A program made the translations under genes and the position numbers. From Eledone cirrhosa (lineage: Eukaryota), in contig OZ024758.1 of the NCBI GenBank assembly GCA_964016885.1, positions 29,884,001 to 29,948,000 on the forward strand: a stretch of DNA of 64,000 nucleotides, read 5' to 3'. This document shows, piece after piece, positions 34,759 through 47,549 of this stretch (position 1 is the stretch's first letter; every line of letters starts with the position of its first letter). Below the pieces are notes generated by a model, which was not told the origin of the DNA, made no database searches, and was given only the letters and a program-made list of their open reading frames with translations.

Positions 34759-34979
34759 AATATCATTTTACATCCGCTTCCCCCTTGATAATCATCAGCT
34801 TTTAACAGCTATTTTCCATGCTTGCCTGATATATGTAGAACTTGGCTGGTTGGGTCTCCAACCAGGCCTTGCAATACTCTTAAAGCCAGGGTCTTTTCAC
34901 CATGTTAGCATTGAAGATAGACGTTAAACGATGATGATGATATATATATATATATTATGTATGTATGTATGACCCCTTA

Positions 34980-35373
34980 GCCTTTGTCAAGGCAGAATTC
35001 TAGCAGAAGGAAAACTCTGATATAACATCTGCAACCCTGATGGTATCCAATGATGTTGACTTGTTCTTCTTTTTGGTAAATATCATCTTGGTTAAGAGAG
35101 TGGGACTGGCTTTGTGCAGTGCTTTTGCTCACTATAAAAGCTTCATGGCACAGGCATTGCTTTGTATCTGGAGATCTCTCTGCACTTGTCGTCACATGGT
35201 ACCATGGGCCCAGCACTATGTGTCAATAATTGTCACAAGTGTAGTGTTTGTACCAGAGTTTTCAAGTCGCTGGCTGGACTAAAAAGTCACACTCGTTCAG
35301 CGCATCGGTAGGGGTTCTCCTACATGGATATAAAGTAGTGGCCGTACTCGAAAACGAGTTGGCAGCCACCATG

Positions 35374-35375
<2 letters not shown>
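34980..35375 (+). mobile_element. RTE/BovB-like LINE 3' fragment with terminal C2H2 finger and (ATGT)n tail (second copy at 53464-53720)
   Basis: [23 protein letters not shown], 3' hairpin CTCG-aaaa-CGAG. Near-identical second copy. Confidence 0.7.
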
Positions 35376-35421
<46 letters not shown>

Positions 35422-35589
35422 TATGTATATATATATATGTATATATATATATGTATATATATGTATATATATATATGTATATATATATATGTATATATAT
35501 ATATATGTATGTATGTATATATATGTATGTATGTATATATATGTATGTATGTATATATATGTATGTATGTATATATATGTATGTATGTG

Positions 35590-35652
<63 letters not shown>

Positions 35653-35987
35653 ATCCCGGGTTCAATCGGGGGTAACCACAGTAAATAAGGTACTCAATAC
35701 ATAGCAGAGTATAAAATTTTAATATAGAAATGGCTACTACAGGACTAGAACTGTTTCATTTGAAGGAAATCATCAGGAAAGCCAATTGTCAATGTGATAT
35801 GGTGTTATTTATACATTTTCTGTTGGTATATATATATATATGTATATATATATATGTATATGTATATATATATATGTATATATATATATGTGTATGGCCA
35901 TGTGATGCGTATGGAAGATGACCGTTGGGTGAAGAAGTGCCAAGAAATCCCGGTGGAAGGAAGACACATATATATTTATATATAGTG

Positions 35988-36257
35988 TGTAACATTTTTC
36001 GAAATATTTACTTCTACGTTCACAGATTGATTTTTTTAGTTTCAGAAGATCCCGTTAAGGGTGAAAGCAGCGATTCTTTGCTTAAACTTTAATCTGTTAT
36101 TTTAATATATATATATTCGTGTACAGATATTTTTGCATACACAATAACAAAATATAAACAAACGTATTTATTTCACGAGGCTCGATAAGGATAAATATAT
36201 ATCAAATATATAAGAACCCTAGAGCAAATCCCGAGCAACACCGGGCCATTCTGCTAG
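35988..36257 (+). mobile_element. Non-autonomous Helitron 3' end (a second 3' end at about 36475-36502)
   Basis: CCCG-agcaacac-CGGG hairpin plus CTAG|T. Matches 57913-58093. Confidence 0.75.
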
Positions 36258-37260
36258 TATATCTATATGCCTTTTTTACTTAACCTTATCGTCTTGGCTT
36301 TCGTTGGTTGAACATTTTATTCTCATGCACCCAATTAAGTCAAACCCCTAGTAATCTACGACAAATTTTTTTTATAAGCACAAAATGTAGACACTATCCC
36401 CAGGCTGAGGTATTCCATACTTCTCTGTACTGTTTCAGAAAGGAGGGGTAAACATGCCAGTCTATATTTAGAATCCCAACCAACGCTGGGCCATTCTGCT
36501 AGTGTACATATATATATAAAGCATAGCTATATATAAATATATATATATGGTAAGTAATAATAATTATTATCCAGTTACACACACCCACACACACAAGTAT
36601 TGACATATATATGAGGGAGTCCCGCCATTACCATTTTTGCTCAATGAAGGAATTAATAAAAATCAATTAGTCAGAGCATAATAAAATTATATTGGGTAAA
36701 AGTAAAGAAGATAAATAAATATATATATATGTATATATTTTATACTATTTTCTGATTGTTATTTGATATTCCTCCTTTTCTATTTTATTGTATTGTAGTT
36801 TTTTTTATTTTGGCTTTTTTGTTTTTCTCATTCTTTTCTTCTTTCTTTTGCTCCTTCTTCATCTTCACTTTTTTATCTTCTTTCTGTATCTGACGTCAGA
36901 AATTAGTTAGTGTGGGGTTGAGGTAACATTGGAGGTGGGGCACCAGTAGGGCTGGAATATGATACAAGTTATAGATAAAAACATAGGACAATCTTTCTTC
37001 TTACAGTAGCAGTATTAACCATGAAATAGACCAAAAGGTTAAGTAATGGATTACTGTTTTAAAGCATTAGCATGAAGTTTGAGAAATGCTTGATCAGTGC
37101 ATCACCATCATCATCACCATTATCATTATTGTCATCATCACCACCACCACCACCATCATCATCATTATCATCATCATTGTCATATTCATTTCCCTTTTGT
37201 CTTCCATACATTTGTTGTATGGGTTGTTATGGTTCAAGTCTTTTCTTATGCAGACATTAA

Positions 37261-38892
37261 CCCTCTACCATTCACATTACTCTATATATACTATTGTATT
37301 TTCACAGTAAAGGCTTTACCTCACATAATATCTCACATAACATTTACATTACTCTATATATACTATTGTATTTTCATGGTAAAGGCTTTACCTCACATAA
37401 CATTTACATTACTCTATATTTACTATTGTATTTTCACAGTAAGGGCTTTACCTCACATAATATCTCACATAACATTTACATTACACTATATATACTATTG
37501 TATTTTCATGGTAAAGGCTTTACCTCACATAACATTTACATTACTCTATATATACTATTGTATTTTCACAGTAAGGGCTTTACCTCACATAATATCTCAC
37601 ATAACATTTACATTACTCTATATATACTATTGTATTTTCACAGTAAAGGCTTTACCTCACATAATATCTCACATAACATTTACATTACTCTATATATACT
37701 ATTGTATTTTCACAGTAAAGGCTTTACCTCACATAATATCTCACATAACATTTACATTACTCTATATATACTATTGTATTTTCATGGTAAAGGCTTTACC
37801 TCACATAATATCTCACATAACATTTACATTACTCTATATATACTATTGTATTTTCATGGTAAAGGCTTTACCTCACATAATATCTCACATAACATTTACA
37901 TTACTCTATATATACTATTGTATTTTCATGGTAAAGGCTTTACCTCACATAACATTTACATTACTCTATATATACTATTGTATTTTCACAGTAAGGGCTT
38001 TACCTCACATAATATCTCACATAACATTTACATTACTCTATATATACTATTGTATTTTCACAGTAAAGGCTTTACCTCACATAATATCTCACATAACATT
38101 TACATTACTCTATATATACTATTGTATTGTCACAGTAAGGGCTTTACCTCACATAATATCTCACATAACATTTACATTACTCTATATATACTATTGTATT
38201 GTCACAGTAAGGGCTTTACCTCACATAATATCTCACATAACATTTACATTACTCTATATTTACTATTGTATTTTCACAGTAAAGGCTTTACCTCACATAA
38301 TATCTCACATAACATTTACATTACTCTATATATACTATTGTATTTTCACAGTAAAGGCTTTACCTCACATAATATCTCACATAACATTTACATTACTCTA
38401 TATATACTATTGTATTTTCATGGTAAAGGCTTTACCTCACATAATATCTCACATAACATTTACATTACTCTATATATACTATTGTATTTTCATGGTAAAG
38501 GCTTTACCTCACATAATATCTCACATAACATTTACATTACTCTATATATACTATTGTATTTTCATGGTAAAGGCTTTACCTCACATAACATTTACATTAC
38601 TCTATATATACTATTGTATTTTCACAGTAAGGGCTTTACCTCACATAATATCTCACATAACATTTACATTACTCTATATATACTATTGTATTTTCACAGT
38701 AAAGGCTTTACCTCACATAATATCTCACATAACATTTACATTACTCTATATATACTATTGTATTTTCACAGTAAAGGCTTTACCTCACATAATATCTCAC
38801 ATAACATTTACATTACTCTATATATACTATTGTATTTTCATGGTAAAGGCTTTACCTCACATAATATCTCACATAACATCTACATTACTCTA
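37261..38892 (+). repeat. 72-bp array (about 23 units, a few 60-bp deletion variants) from a MITE left end; right end absent
   Basis: TTAA (37257-37260) CCCTCTACCATTCACATT followed by the units. Confidence 0.93.
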
Positions 38893-39010
38893 ATGTTGAG
38901 TGCTCTAAATCAGTTATAAACATTTATATTTGTTGAATTACCAACAAATTGAATATCCCTTCTGCTTATATATATATATATATATATATATAGTAATATA
39001 TATAGTAATA

Positions 39011-39225
39011 ATTACCACTATAGGCACAAGACCAGCAATTTGGAGGGAGAGGGGAGCGTTAATTAAATCAACACCAGTGTATTACTGGTGCTTTATTTTA
39101 TTGACCCCGTAAAGATGAGAAGCAAAGTTAACCTCAGCAGGATTTGAACTCAGAAAGTAAAGAGCCATAACTCTATGCTGCAAAGCATGGTGTCTGATGC
39201 TCTACCGATACTGCCAATCCACCGC
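39011..39225 (-). mobile_element. Family-1 SINE
   Basis: Reverse-complement similarity to 710-895. Confidence 0.8.
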
Positions 39226-39252
39226 TCTGTATGTATGTATATATATATATAC

Positions 39253-39295
<43 letters not shown>

Positions 39296-39307
39296 TATAT
39301 ATATATA

Positions 39308-39399
<92 letters not shown>

Positions 39400-39487
39400 T
39401 ATATATATATATATATATATGCATATATATATATATATATATATGCATATATATATATATATGCATATATATATATATATATATATA

Positions 39488-39521
<34 letters not shown>

Positions 39522-39546
39522 TATATATATATATATATATGCATAT

Positions 39547-39607
<61 letters not shown>

Positions 39608-39617
39608 TATATATATG

Positions 39618-40353
39618 CATCATCATCATCATCATCATCATTTTACGTCCGCTTTTCCCTGCTTGCAAGGGTGGGACGGGTCTTATTCAGCACAGCATCT
39701 CTCCACTCCTCACGGTCCCTCGTCATCTCCACCGTGAGCTTCAATGATCTGAGGTCTGTTCTCACCACCTCCGCCCATGCTTTTCGTGGTCTACCTCTAC
39801 CACGTCTTCCTTCAACTGGCATTTCCTGGCACTTCTTCACCCATCGGTCATCCTCCATGCGCATCACATGTCCATACCACCTCAGTCTCCTCTCCCGTAC
39901 ACTACATTCTATCCCTCTCAGACACAGTTTCTCTCTCAACACATTTATGCTGGGTCGTTCACGCACATTTACACTGCACATCCAACGGAGCATGCTTGCC
40001 TCATTTCTCTCCAGCCGTCGCATATCTTCTGCGGTAGCTGCCCATGTCTCACTACCATGCAGCATCGCGCTCCTCACACAGGCATCATACAACCGGCCTT
40101 TCGTACGCAGAGAGAAACCCTTCTTCGTCAACAGAGGAAGCAGCTCCCTAAACTTCTTCCAACCCGTCCTTATTCTAGATACTATGGCCTCGGAACACCC
40201 TCCTCCCATGCTAATCTGATCTCCTAGGTACCGGAAGCTATCCACCACTTCTATAGCGCCCTCCCGCATTTGAAAAATGTGTCTATCAGTGCGACTTCTA
40301 CTGTCTAATTTCCCTGTACATCTACTGCATACATATTTCTCCCTACCTGTTAG
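39618..40353 (-). mobile_element. RTE family B 3' fragment within (AT)n tracts
   Basis: YVCSRC...[10 protein letters not shown]...[10 protein letters not shown]...TLASREKRT*. Confidence 0.92.
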
Positions 40354-40409
40354 TATGCATATATATATATATGCATATATATATATATATATATATATAA
40401 ATATATATA

Positions 40410-40445
<36 letters not shown>

Positions 40446-40453
40446 TATATATA

Positions 40454-40489
<36 letters not shown>

Positions 40490-40509
40490 TATATGCATAT
40501 ATATATGCA

Positions 40510-40608
<99 letters not shown>

Positions 40609-40683
40609 GCATATATATATATATGTATATATATATATGCATATATATATATATGTATATATATATGCATATATATGTATATA

Positions 40684-40728
<45 letters not shown>

Positions 40729-40788
40729 GCATATATATATATATGTATATATATATGCATATATATATATATATGTATATATATATGC

Positions 40789-40868
<80 letters not shown>

Positions 40869-40882
40869 GTATATATATATGC

Positions 40883-40964
<82 letters not shown>

Positions 40965-41049
40965 GTATATATATATGCATATATATATATATGTATATAT
41001 ATATGCATATATATATATATATGTATATATATATGCATATATATATATG

Positions 41050-41098
<49 letters not shown>

Positions 41099-41168
41099 AT
41101 ATATATATGCATATATATATATATGTATATATATATGCATATATATATATATATGTATATATATATGC

Positions 41169-41218
<50 letters not shown>

Positions 41219-41235
41219 GTATATATATATGTATA
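40354..41235. repeat. Long interrupted (AT)n microsatellite (similar tracts at 35375-35650, 39226-39617, 41492-41875, 43770-44030, 46515-47110, 54032-54637)
   Basis: (AT)n punctuated by GC or GT. Confidence 0.97.
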
Positions 41236-41491
41236 TCATCATCATCATCATCATCAACGGTTAACGTCTGTGTTCCACGCTTGCATGGGTTTGGACGGGG
41301 GTAGTCCCACTTGAGGCAAGAGTGATTGTCTTGCTCGCATAGGACTGTCTGGCAGGTTTTCTACAGTTGGATGCCCTTCCTAACACCAACCACATTTACA
41401 GTGTGGGTCTGGGAGGTTTTTACCGTGTTGCCTACACGGCCACATTACAGCGTGGACTGTGTGTTTTTTGTCGTGACACCTACACGATCTC
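41236..41491 (-). mobile_element. RTE family A 3'UTR fragment
   Basis: Reverse complement of about 32085-32340. Confidence 0.9.
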
Positions 41492-41506
41492 ATATATATG
41501 TATATA

Positions 41507-41581
<75 letters not shown>

Positions 41582-41590
41582 GTATATATG

Positions 41591-41623
<33 letters not shown>

Positions 41624-41624
41624 G

Positions 41625-41657
<33 letters not shown>

Positions 41658-41658
41658 G

Positions 41659-41691
<33 letters not shown>

Positions 41692-41692
41692 G

Positions 41693-41775
<83 letters not shown>

Positions 41776-41839
41776 GCATATATATATATATATATGTATA
41801 TATATATGCATATATATATATATATGTATATATATATGC

Positions 41840-41872
<33 letters not shown>

Positions 41873-42009
41873 TATTGTTATACTTAGGGAGGGTCATGTT
41901 GCCAATAAGAAACACACGCACCAGTTGCTTTCACTTCAATTTATTATAATAGATTTATAAATTTCCGGTTGGTTGGTTGGTTCCACAACTAGATAGTTGT
42001 TTATATATT

Positions 42010-42052
42010 GTCAAAGTTCTTTCGTCACACATTCTGTGACCTCTTCAGTGAC
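42010..42052 (-). ncRNA. Minimal type-I hammerhead-like motif in the PLE 3' repeat (copies at 43235-43277 + and 59234-59276 +)
   Basis: GUCA CUGAAGA G GUCACA-gaaug-UGUGAC GAAA GAAC UU UGAC: core, 6-bp stem II, 4-bp stem I. Confidence 0.6.
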
Positions 42053-42255
42053 TGGGGATTCTTTTCTTTGTTTTTGTGCCTCTCCTTTGTTCTGTCCTAC
42101 ACGCCATTTTGTTTCTGTGTGTGTGTTGTGTGCTCAGTCTGCGCATGCACCACATCCAGGTGTCTGTGTGTGTTTATATTCGTTTATTTATTTGTTTATT
42201 TACATGTTACAGGTTGGTTGTTTGTTCTATGTGTGTGTGTGTTTTCATTTTGTCC

Positions 42256-43025
42256 TTAATTGTAAGTTGTCATGTTGCTGTTCCACTCATATTTTCTATT
42301 TAATTTTGGTTGTAATTCTTTTATGTTTATTGCCTCTGTGATTTGTCTAAACATTGCGTCTTTTCTGTGTGTAGATTCTATTTTTATTTCAATGTTCTCT
42401 AATTTACCCTTGTGTTCTATTTTAGCATGTTGGTAGAGTACAGATGATTCTTTACTATCTTGAAGGTCTCGCCAGTGTTCATTTATCCGTTCCCCTACAC
42501 TACGAGCTGTCTCACCTATGTACACTATATTTTTGTCTCTACATTGTCCTTCAGTATATCTTATGCTTTATACTACATTTCTAGTTTTACAGTTAATATG
42601 GGGGCTTAATTTACAGGTTATACATTTCTTATCTATACAGGGGGGGTCTTTGAAAAGGGTATGTCTTGCTAATAAGTGTTTTTATGGAGGTACCTGGTAT
42701 TTCTACTATCTTAATATTGAGTTTATGTTTATCTAGGGCCCTTCTAAATTTGTAAGCTAATTCACCTCTAGGGGTTGTATCGATGAACATTACACTCTGG
42801 TATTTATTGCTATCATACCATGAGTTTATTCTATTAGCCTTATTCCTAGTTCTTTCTATTCTATTCCAAAATTTGCTCCTATACAAGGGGCAGGTTCCAT
42901 TTGTGTCATTATTTACCATTTTTTCCCATTTGGTTCTGGCTCCTTTATACACTCTGATTTTATCTCTCTGATTGTAACCAGAGAAATGCATACGGTGGAT
43001 GAAGTGTTGTATGTGTCTTTCTAGT
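42256..43025 (-). pseudogene. PLE C-terminal region with GIY-YIG endonuclease
   Basis: YIGETARSVGERINEH...SVLYQHA...RQITEAINIKELQPKLNRKYEW, preceded by RMHFSGY...VMFIDTTPRGEL. Frameshifted near 42630. Confidence 0.85.
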
Positions 43026-43485
43026 TCAATTAAGGACAAAATGAAAACACACACGTACATAGAACAAACAACCAACCTGTAACATGTAAATAAACAAATA
43101 AATAAACGAATATAAACACACACAGACACCTGGATGTGGCGCATGCGCAGACTGAGCACACAACACACACACAGAAACAAAATGGCGTAGGACAGAACAA
43201 AGGAGAGGCACAAAAACAAAGAAAAGAATCCCCAGTCACTGAAGAGGTCACAGAATGTGTGAAGAAAGAACTTTGACAATATATAAACAACTATCTGGTT
43301 GTGGAACCAACCAACTAACCGGAAATTTATAAATTCCTAAATTTATAAATCTATTATAATAAATTGAAGTGAAAGCAACTGGTGCGTGTGTTTCTTATTG
43401 GCAACATGACCCTCCCAAAGTATAACAATATCGGTTTCAACACACGTTTTCAGATAAAAAATCTTGCTAAACAAATTCAGAAACG

Positions 43486-43519
<34 letters not shown>

Positions 43520-43521
<2 letters not shown>

Positions 43522-43770
43522 TTCCTAACACCAACCTCATTTACAGTGAGTGCTGGGTGCTTTTTTCCCGTGGCACCTCCACGACCACTTTGCAGTGGAA
43601 TGATATGGACCCCAGTCCCTATCATCTCATTTCTACAGCTGAGTAAACTGGAGTAATGTGAAATAAAGTGTCTTGCTCAAGGAAACAACACATCACCTGG
43701 TCTGAGAATTGAACTCACAACCTTTCGATTGCAAGGCCAATGCTCTAACCACTAAGCCATGTGCCTCCAT
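43520..43770 (-). mobile_element. tRNA-SINE family 2, 3'-truncated
   Basis: Matches 34092-34343. Confidence 0.88.
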
Positions 43771-44030
43771 GTATATATATATATATATATATATATGCAT
43801 ATATATATATATACATATGCATATATATATATATATATATATGCATATATATATATATATATGCATATATATATATATATATCATGATGATGATAATGAT
43901 GATGATTCATATATATATATGCATATATATATATATGCATATATATATATGCATATATATATATATATATTCATATATATATATGCATATATATATATAT
44001 ATGCTTATAAATATATATATGCATATATAT

Positions 44031-44752
44031 ATCATCATCATCATCATCATCATCATCAACGTTTAACGTCCGTGTTCCACGCTTGCATGGGTTTGGACGG
44101 GGGTAGTCCCACTTGAGGCAAGAGTGATTGTCTTGCTGGTATAGGACTGTCTGGCAGGTTTTCTACAGTTGGATGCCCTTCCTAACACCAACCACATTTA
44201 CAGTGTGGGTCTGGGAGGTTTTTACCGTGTTGCCTACACGGCCACATTACAGCGTGGACTGTGTGTTCTTTTGTCGTGACACCTACACGATCTCATTTGT
44301 TTCGGCCTGGATGGCGCGACACCAACATAACTTTACATAGAACGGGGTGGTGTGGATGGGGTGGGGGTGGTGGTGGTGGGACGGGGTGTATTTTGTTAGA
44401 GATGCCTACTGGCTGTAGTAGGTTTTACTATGTATTTAGGTAAGGCGGGTCTTCTCTGTTACTGAGTACCGCCAAAGGTCTCGGTCCAGTGACATTGTCT
44501 TGGAGAGGTGTAAGTGTGTGAGGTCGGAGTTTATCAGCTCGTCCCAGGTTTTTCTAGGTCTGCCTATTCCGTGGCTACAGTCTATCTTTATTGCCCTGCA
44601 CTTTGTTATACAGCTATCGACTTTCATGCGCATCACGTGTCCATACCAACGTAGCCTTCTCTCGAGTAAACAACATCTGATCCCTCTTATTTCTAATTTT
44701 TTCCTTAGTTCGTTTATGCTTTGCCGTTCACGTATATTACTGTTACACATCC
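44031..44752 (-). mobile_element. RTE family A 3' fragment
   Basis: [10 protein letters not shown]...EKTRLT plus 3'UTR and tail. Confidence 0.92.
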
Positions 44753-44990
44753 ATATATATATATATAAGCATATATATATGCATATATATATATATATAT
44801 GCTTATATATATATATATATATGCTTATATATATATATATGCATATATATATGCTTATATATATATATATGCATATATATATGCTTATATATATATATAT
44901 ATGCTTATATATATATATATATATATATTAGAAAGTGAGGTTTTTTTTACAAATTAAAAAATAACCGAGGTTTCCTACACGAGTGAAAGT

Positions 44991-45303
44991 ATAAAGAAAA
45001 TGAGATGAAATCGAAAATGCAACTGGAGTTTTATTTTTTTTTAAATATATATATTTATTTGGTTCCTTTACCGGTTTTGCAGTTCTTCTGCTTTTCAAAA
45101 GTAGAGTTGAGATGGAGGGTCTGTGGTTTTTCTCACATCTCACATCTCACATCTGATGTGAGAAAAACCATAGACCCTCCATCTCAACTCTACTTTTGAA
45201 AAGCAGAAGAACTGCAAAACCGGTAAAGGAACCAAATAAATATATATATTTTTTTAAAAAATAAGACTCTAGTTGCATTTTCCATTTCATCTCTTTTTCT
45301 TTA
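44991..45303. repeat. Near-perfect fold-back inverted repeat (arms about 150 bp) centred on (TCACATC)3
   Basis: ggttcctttaccggttttgcagttcttctgc is mirrored by gcagaagaactgcaaaaccggtaaaggaacc. Confidence 0.9.
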
Positions 45304-45353
45304 TATATATATATATATATATATATATGCTTATATATATATATATATATGCT

Positions 45354-45380
<27 letters not shown>

Positions 45381-45385
<5 letters not shown>

Positions 45386-46385
45386 GTTCAGAGAGCTTAT
45401 ACCACTATTAGCCGCTAGAGGGTTCTCCCTAAAAATGAAAGGCAGGTTATACGATGCCTGCATACGAACAGCAATGCTGCATGGCAGTGAGACCTGGGCA
45501 TTGTGTGCAGAGGATATACGCAGACTAGAGAGGAACGAAGCTTGCATGCTCCGCTGGATGTGCAATAGTAATATACGTGAACGGCAAAGCATAAACGAAC
45601 TAAGGAAAAAATTAGAAATAAGAGGGATCAGATGTTGTTTACTCGAGAGAAGGCTACGTTGGTACGGTCACGTGATGCGCATGAAAGACGACAGCTGTAT
45701 AACAAAGTGCAGGGCAATAAAGATAGACGGTAGCCACGGAGTAGGCAGACCCAGAAAAACATGGGACGAGCTGATAATTTCCGACCTCACACGCTTACAC
45801 CTCTCCAAGACAATGTCACTGGACCGAGACCTTTGGCGGTACTCAGTAATAGAGAAGACCCGCCTTACCTAAATACAAAGTAAAAACCTACTACAGTCAG
45901 TAGGCACCTCTATCAAAACACACCCCCGTCCCACCACCTCCACCTCCACCCCACCCACACCGCCCCTTTCAATGTAAAGTTATGTTGGCCCCACAACATC
46001 CAGGCCGAAACAAATGAGATCGTGTAGGTGTCACGACAAAAAACACACAGTCCACGCTGTAAATGTGGCCGTGTAGGCAACACGGTAAAAACCTCCCAGC
46101 CCCACACTGTAAATGTGGTTGGTGTTAGGAAGGGCATCCAGCTGTAGAAAACCCGCCAGACAGTCCACGCTGTAATGTGGCCGTGTAGGCAACACGGTAA
46201 AAACCTCCCAGCCCCACACTGTAAATGTGGTTGGTGTTAGGAAGGGCATCCAACTGTAGAAAACCCGCCAGACAGTCCTATGCGAGCAAGACAACCACTC
46301 TTGCCTCAAGTGGGAAAACCCCCGTCCAAACCCATGCAAGCGTGGAACACGGACGCTAAACCTGATGATGATGATGATGATGATG
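45381..46385 (+). mobile_element. RTE family A 3' fragment with an internal duplication of about 113 bp in the 3'UTR
   Basis: KKFRELIPLL...EKTRLT. The segment CAGTCCACGCTG...ACCCGCCAGA occurs twice. Confidence 0.92.
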
Positions 46386-46524
46386 ATATAATATAATTTA
46401 GATTTTACACTCAATGGGGTCATTTACAATTATTTTAGCTCTAAGAATCATTTCTGAGCAGTATAAATTAATATATGATAAACACTTACGCGTTTTTGTT
46501 GTAATTGACAATGAATATATATAA

Positions 46525-46569
<45 letters not shown>

Positions 46570-46719
46570 TATATATATATGCATATGCATATCCACTGAA
46601 ACATCTGTGACCCGTAGTAGACAACTGAAGGGAAAATGTCTATTTCTTGTTTGTTTCCCTTCACTTTCTAACACTCGTTATCAGTAACCATGCAGCCTCT
46701 CAATCCATATATCTATCTA

Positions 46720-46757
<38 letters not shown>

Positions 46758-46762
46758 TATAG

Positions 46763-46851
<89 letters not shown>

Positions 46852-46918
46852 TATATATATATATATATGCAAGCAGGAAAAAAGCGGACGTAAAATGAAA
46901 TGATGATATATATATATA

Positions 46919-46982
<64 letters not shown>

Positions 46983-47549
46983 TATATATATAATATTATA
47001 TATATATATATATAAATATAATATTATATATATATAATTATATATATATATATATAAATATAATATATATATATATAATATATATATTTATATAATATAT
47101 TTATATATACCGATATTTCTATGCATCAGAACACACATCCTACTTACAAACCACTTAAATAAGGTCGCAGCACTCTTATACCTCTTCACTTATATTCTTA
47201 TTTTTTTATAATGATGTTATATATTTATTTTATAATTTAATAGAATTGCAGACAGTAAATCAGTTGACAGTTGTAGAATTAGCATTGCAAATGTTGATGG
47301 AAATATGAAAGAAAAAAAGATAAAAAAGGATAAATCAAGCAATGAACAAAGTGGGGAAGGGGTAAAGAAGGGCAGATCTGATTGTATTGGAAAGTAGGAG
47401 AAAGGGATATAAATGCCATAAATGAGAGGAAAATGAAGGACTATGTGGCCATTGTAGGGAGAAGGTGATAGGCTTTATGCCTGGAGCGGTGTGGCGTTTG
47501 AACTGCACTCTGTGGACACAAAACTGCAAAGGCATTTCTGCAGACAATG

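Larger units (their letters stand above)
41873..43430 (-). mobile_element. Penelope-like element, 5'-truncated, with an inverted copy of its 3' repeat
   Basis: 41873-42262 and 43026-43430 are inverted repeats of about 390 bp enclosing an RT-thumb/GIY-YIG coding relic. Confidence 0.88.

Noticed and set aside
35655-35790. Hammerhead-like CUGAUGA...GAAAC on the minus strand in a probable PLE end
   Set aside because: Stem II is only 3 A-U pairs, and stems I and III do not pair convincingly.
37097-38919. Long repetitive ORFs (598 and 541 aa; also 2765-3499, 9495-10079, 25322-26259)
   Set aside because: Translations of a 72-bp unit (a multiple of 3), open in two frames at once and inside a MITE. 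No evidence of coding.
39150-41960. Many YI/IY-rich ORFs
   Set aside because: (AT)n microsatellite translations.
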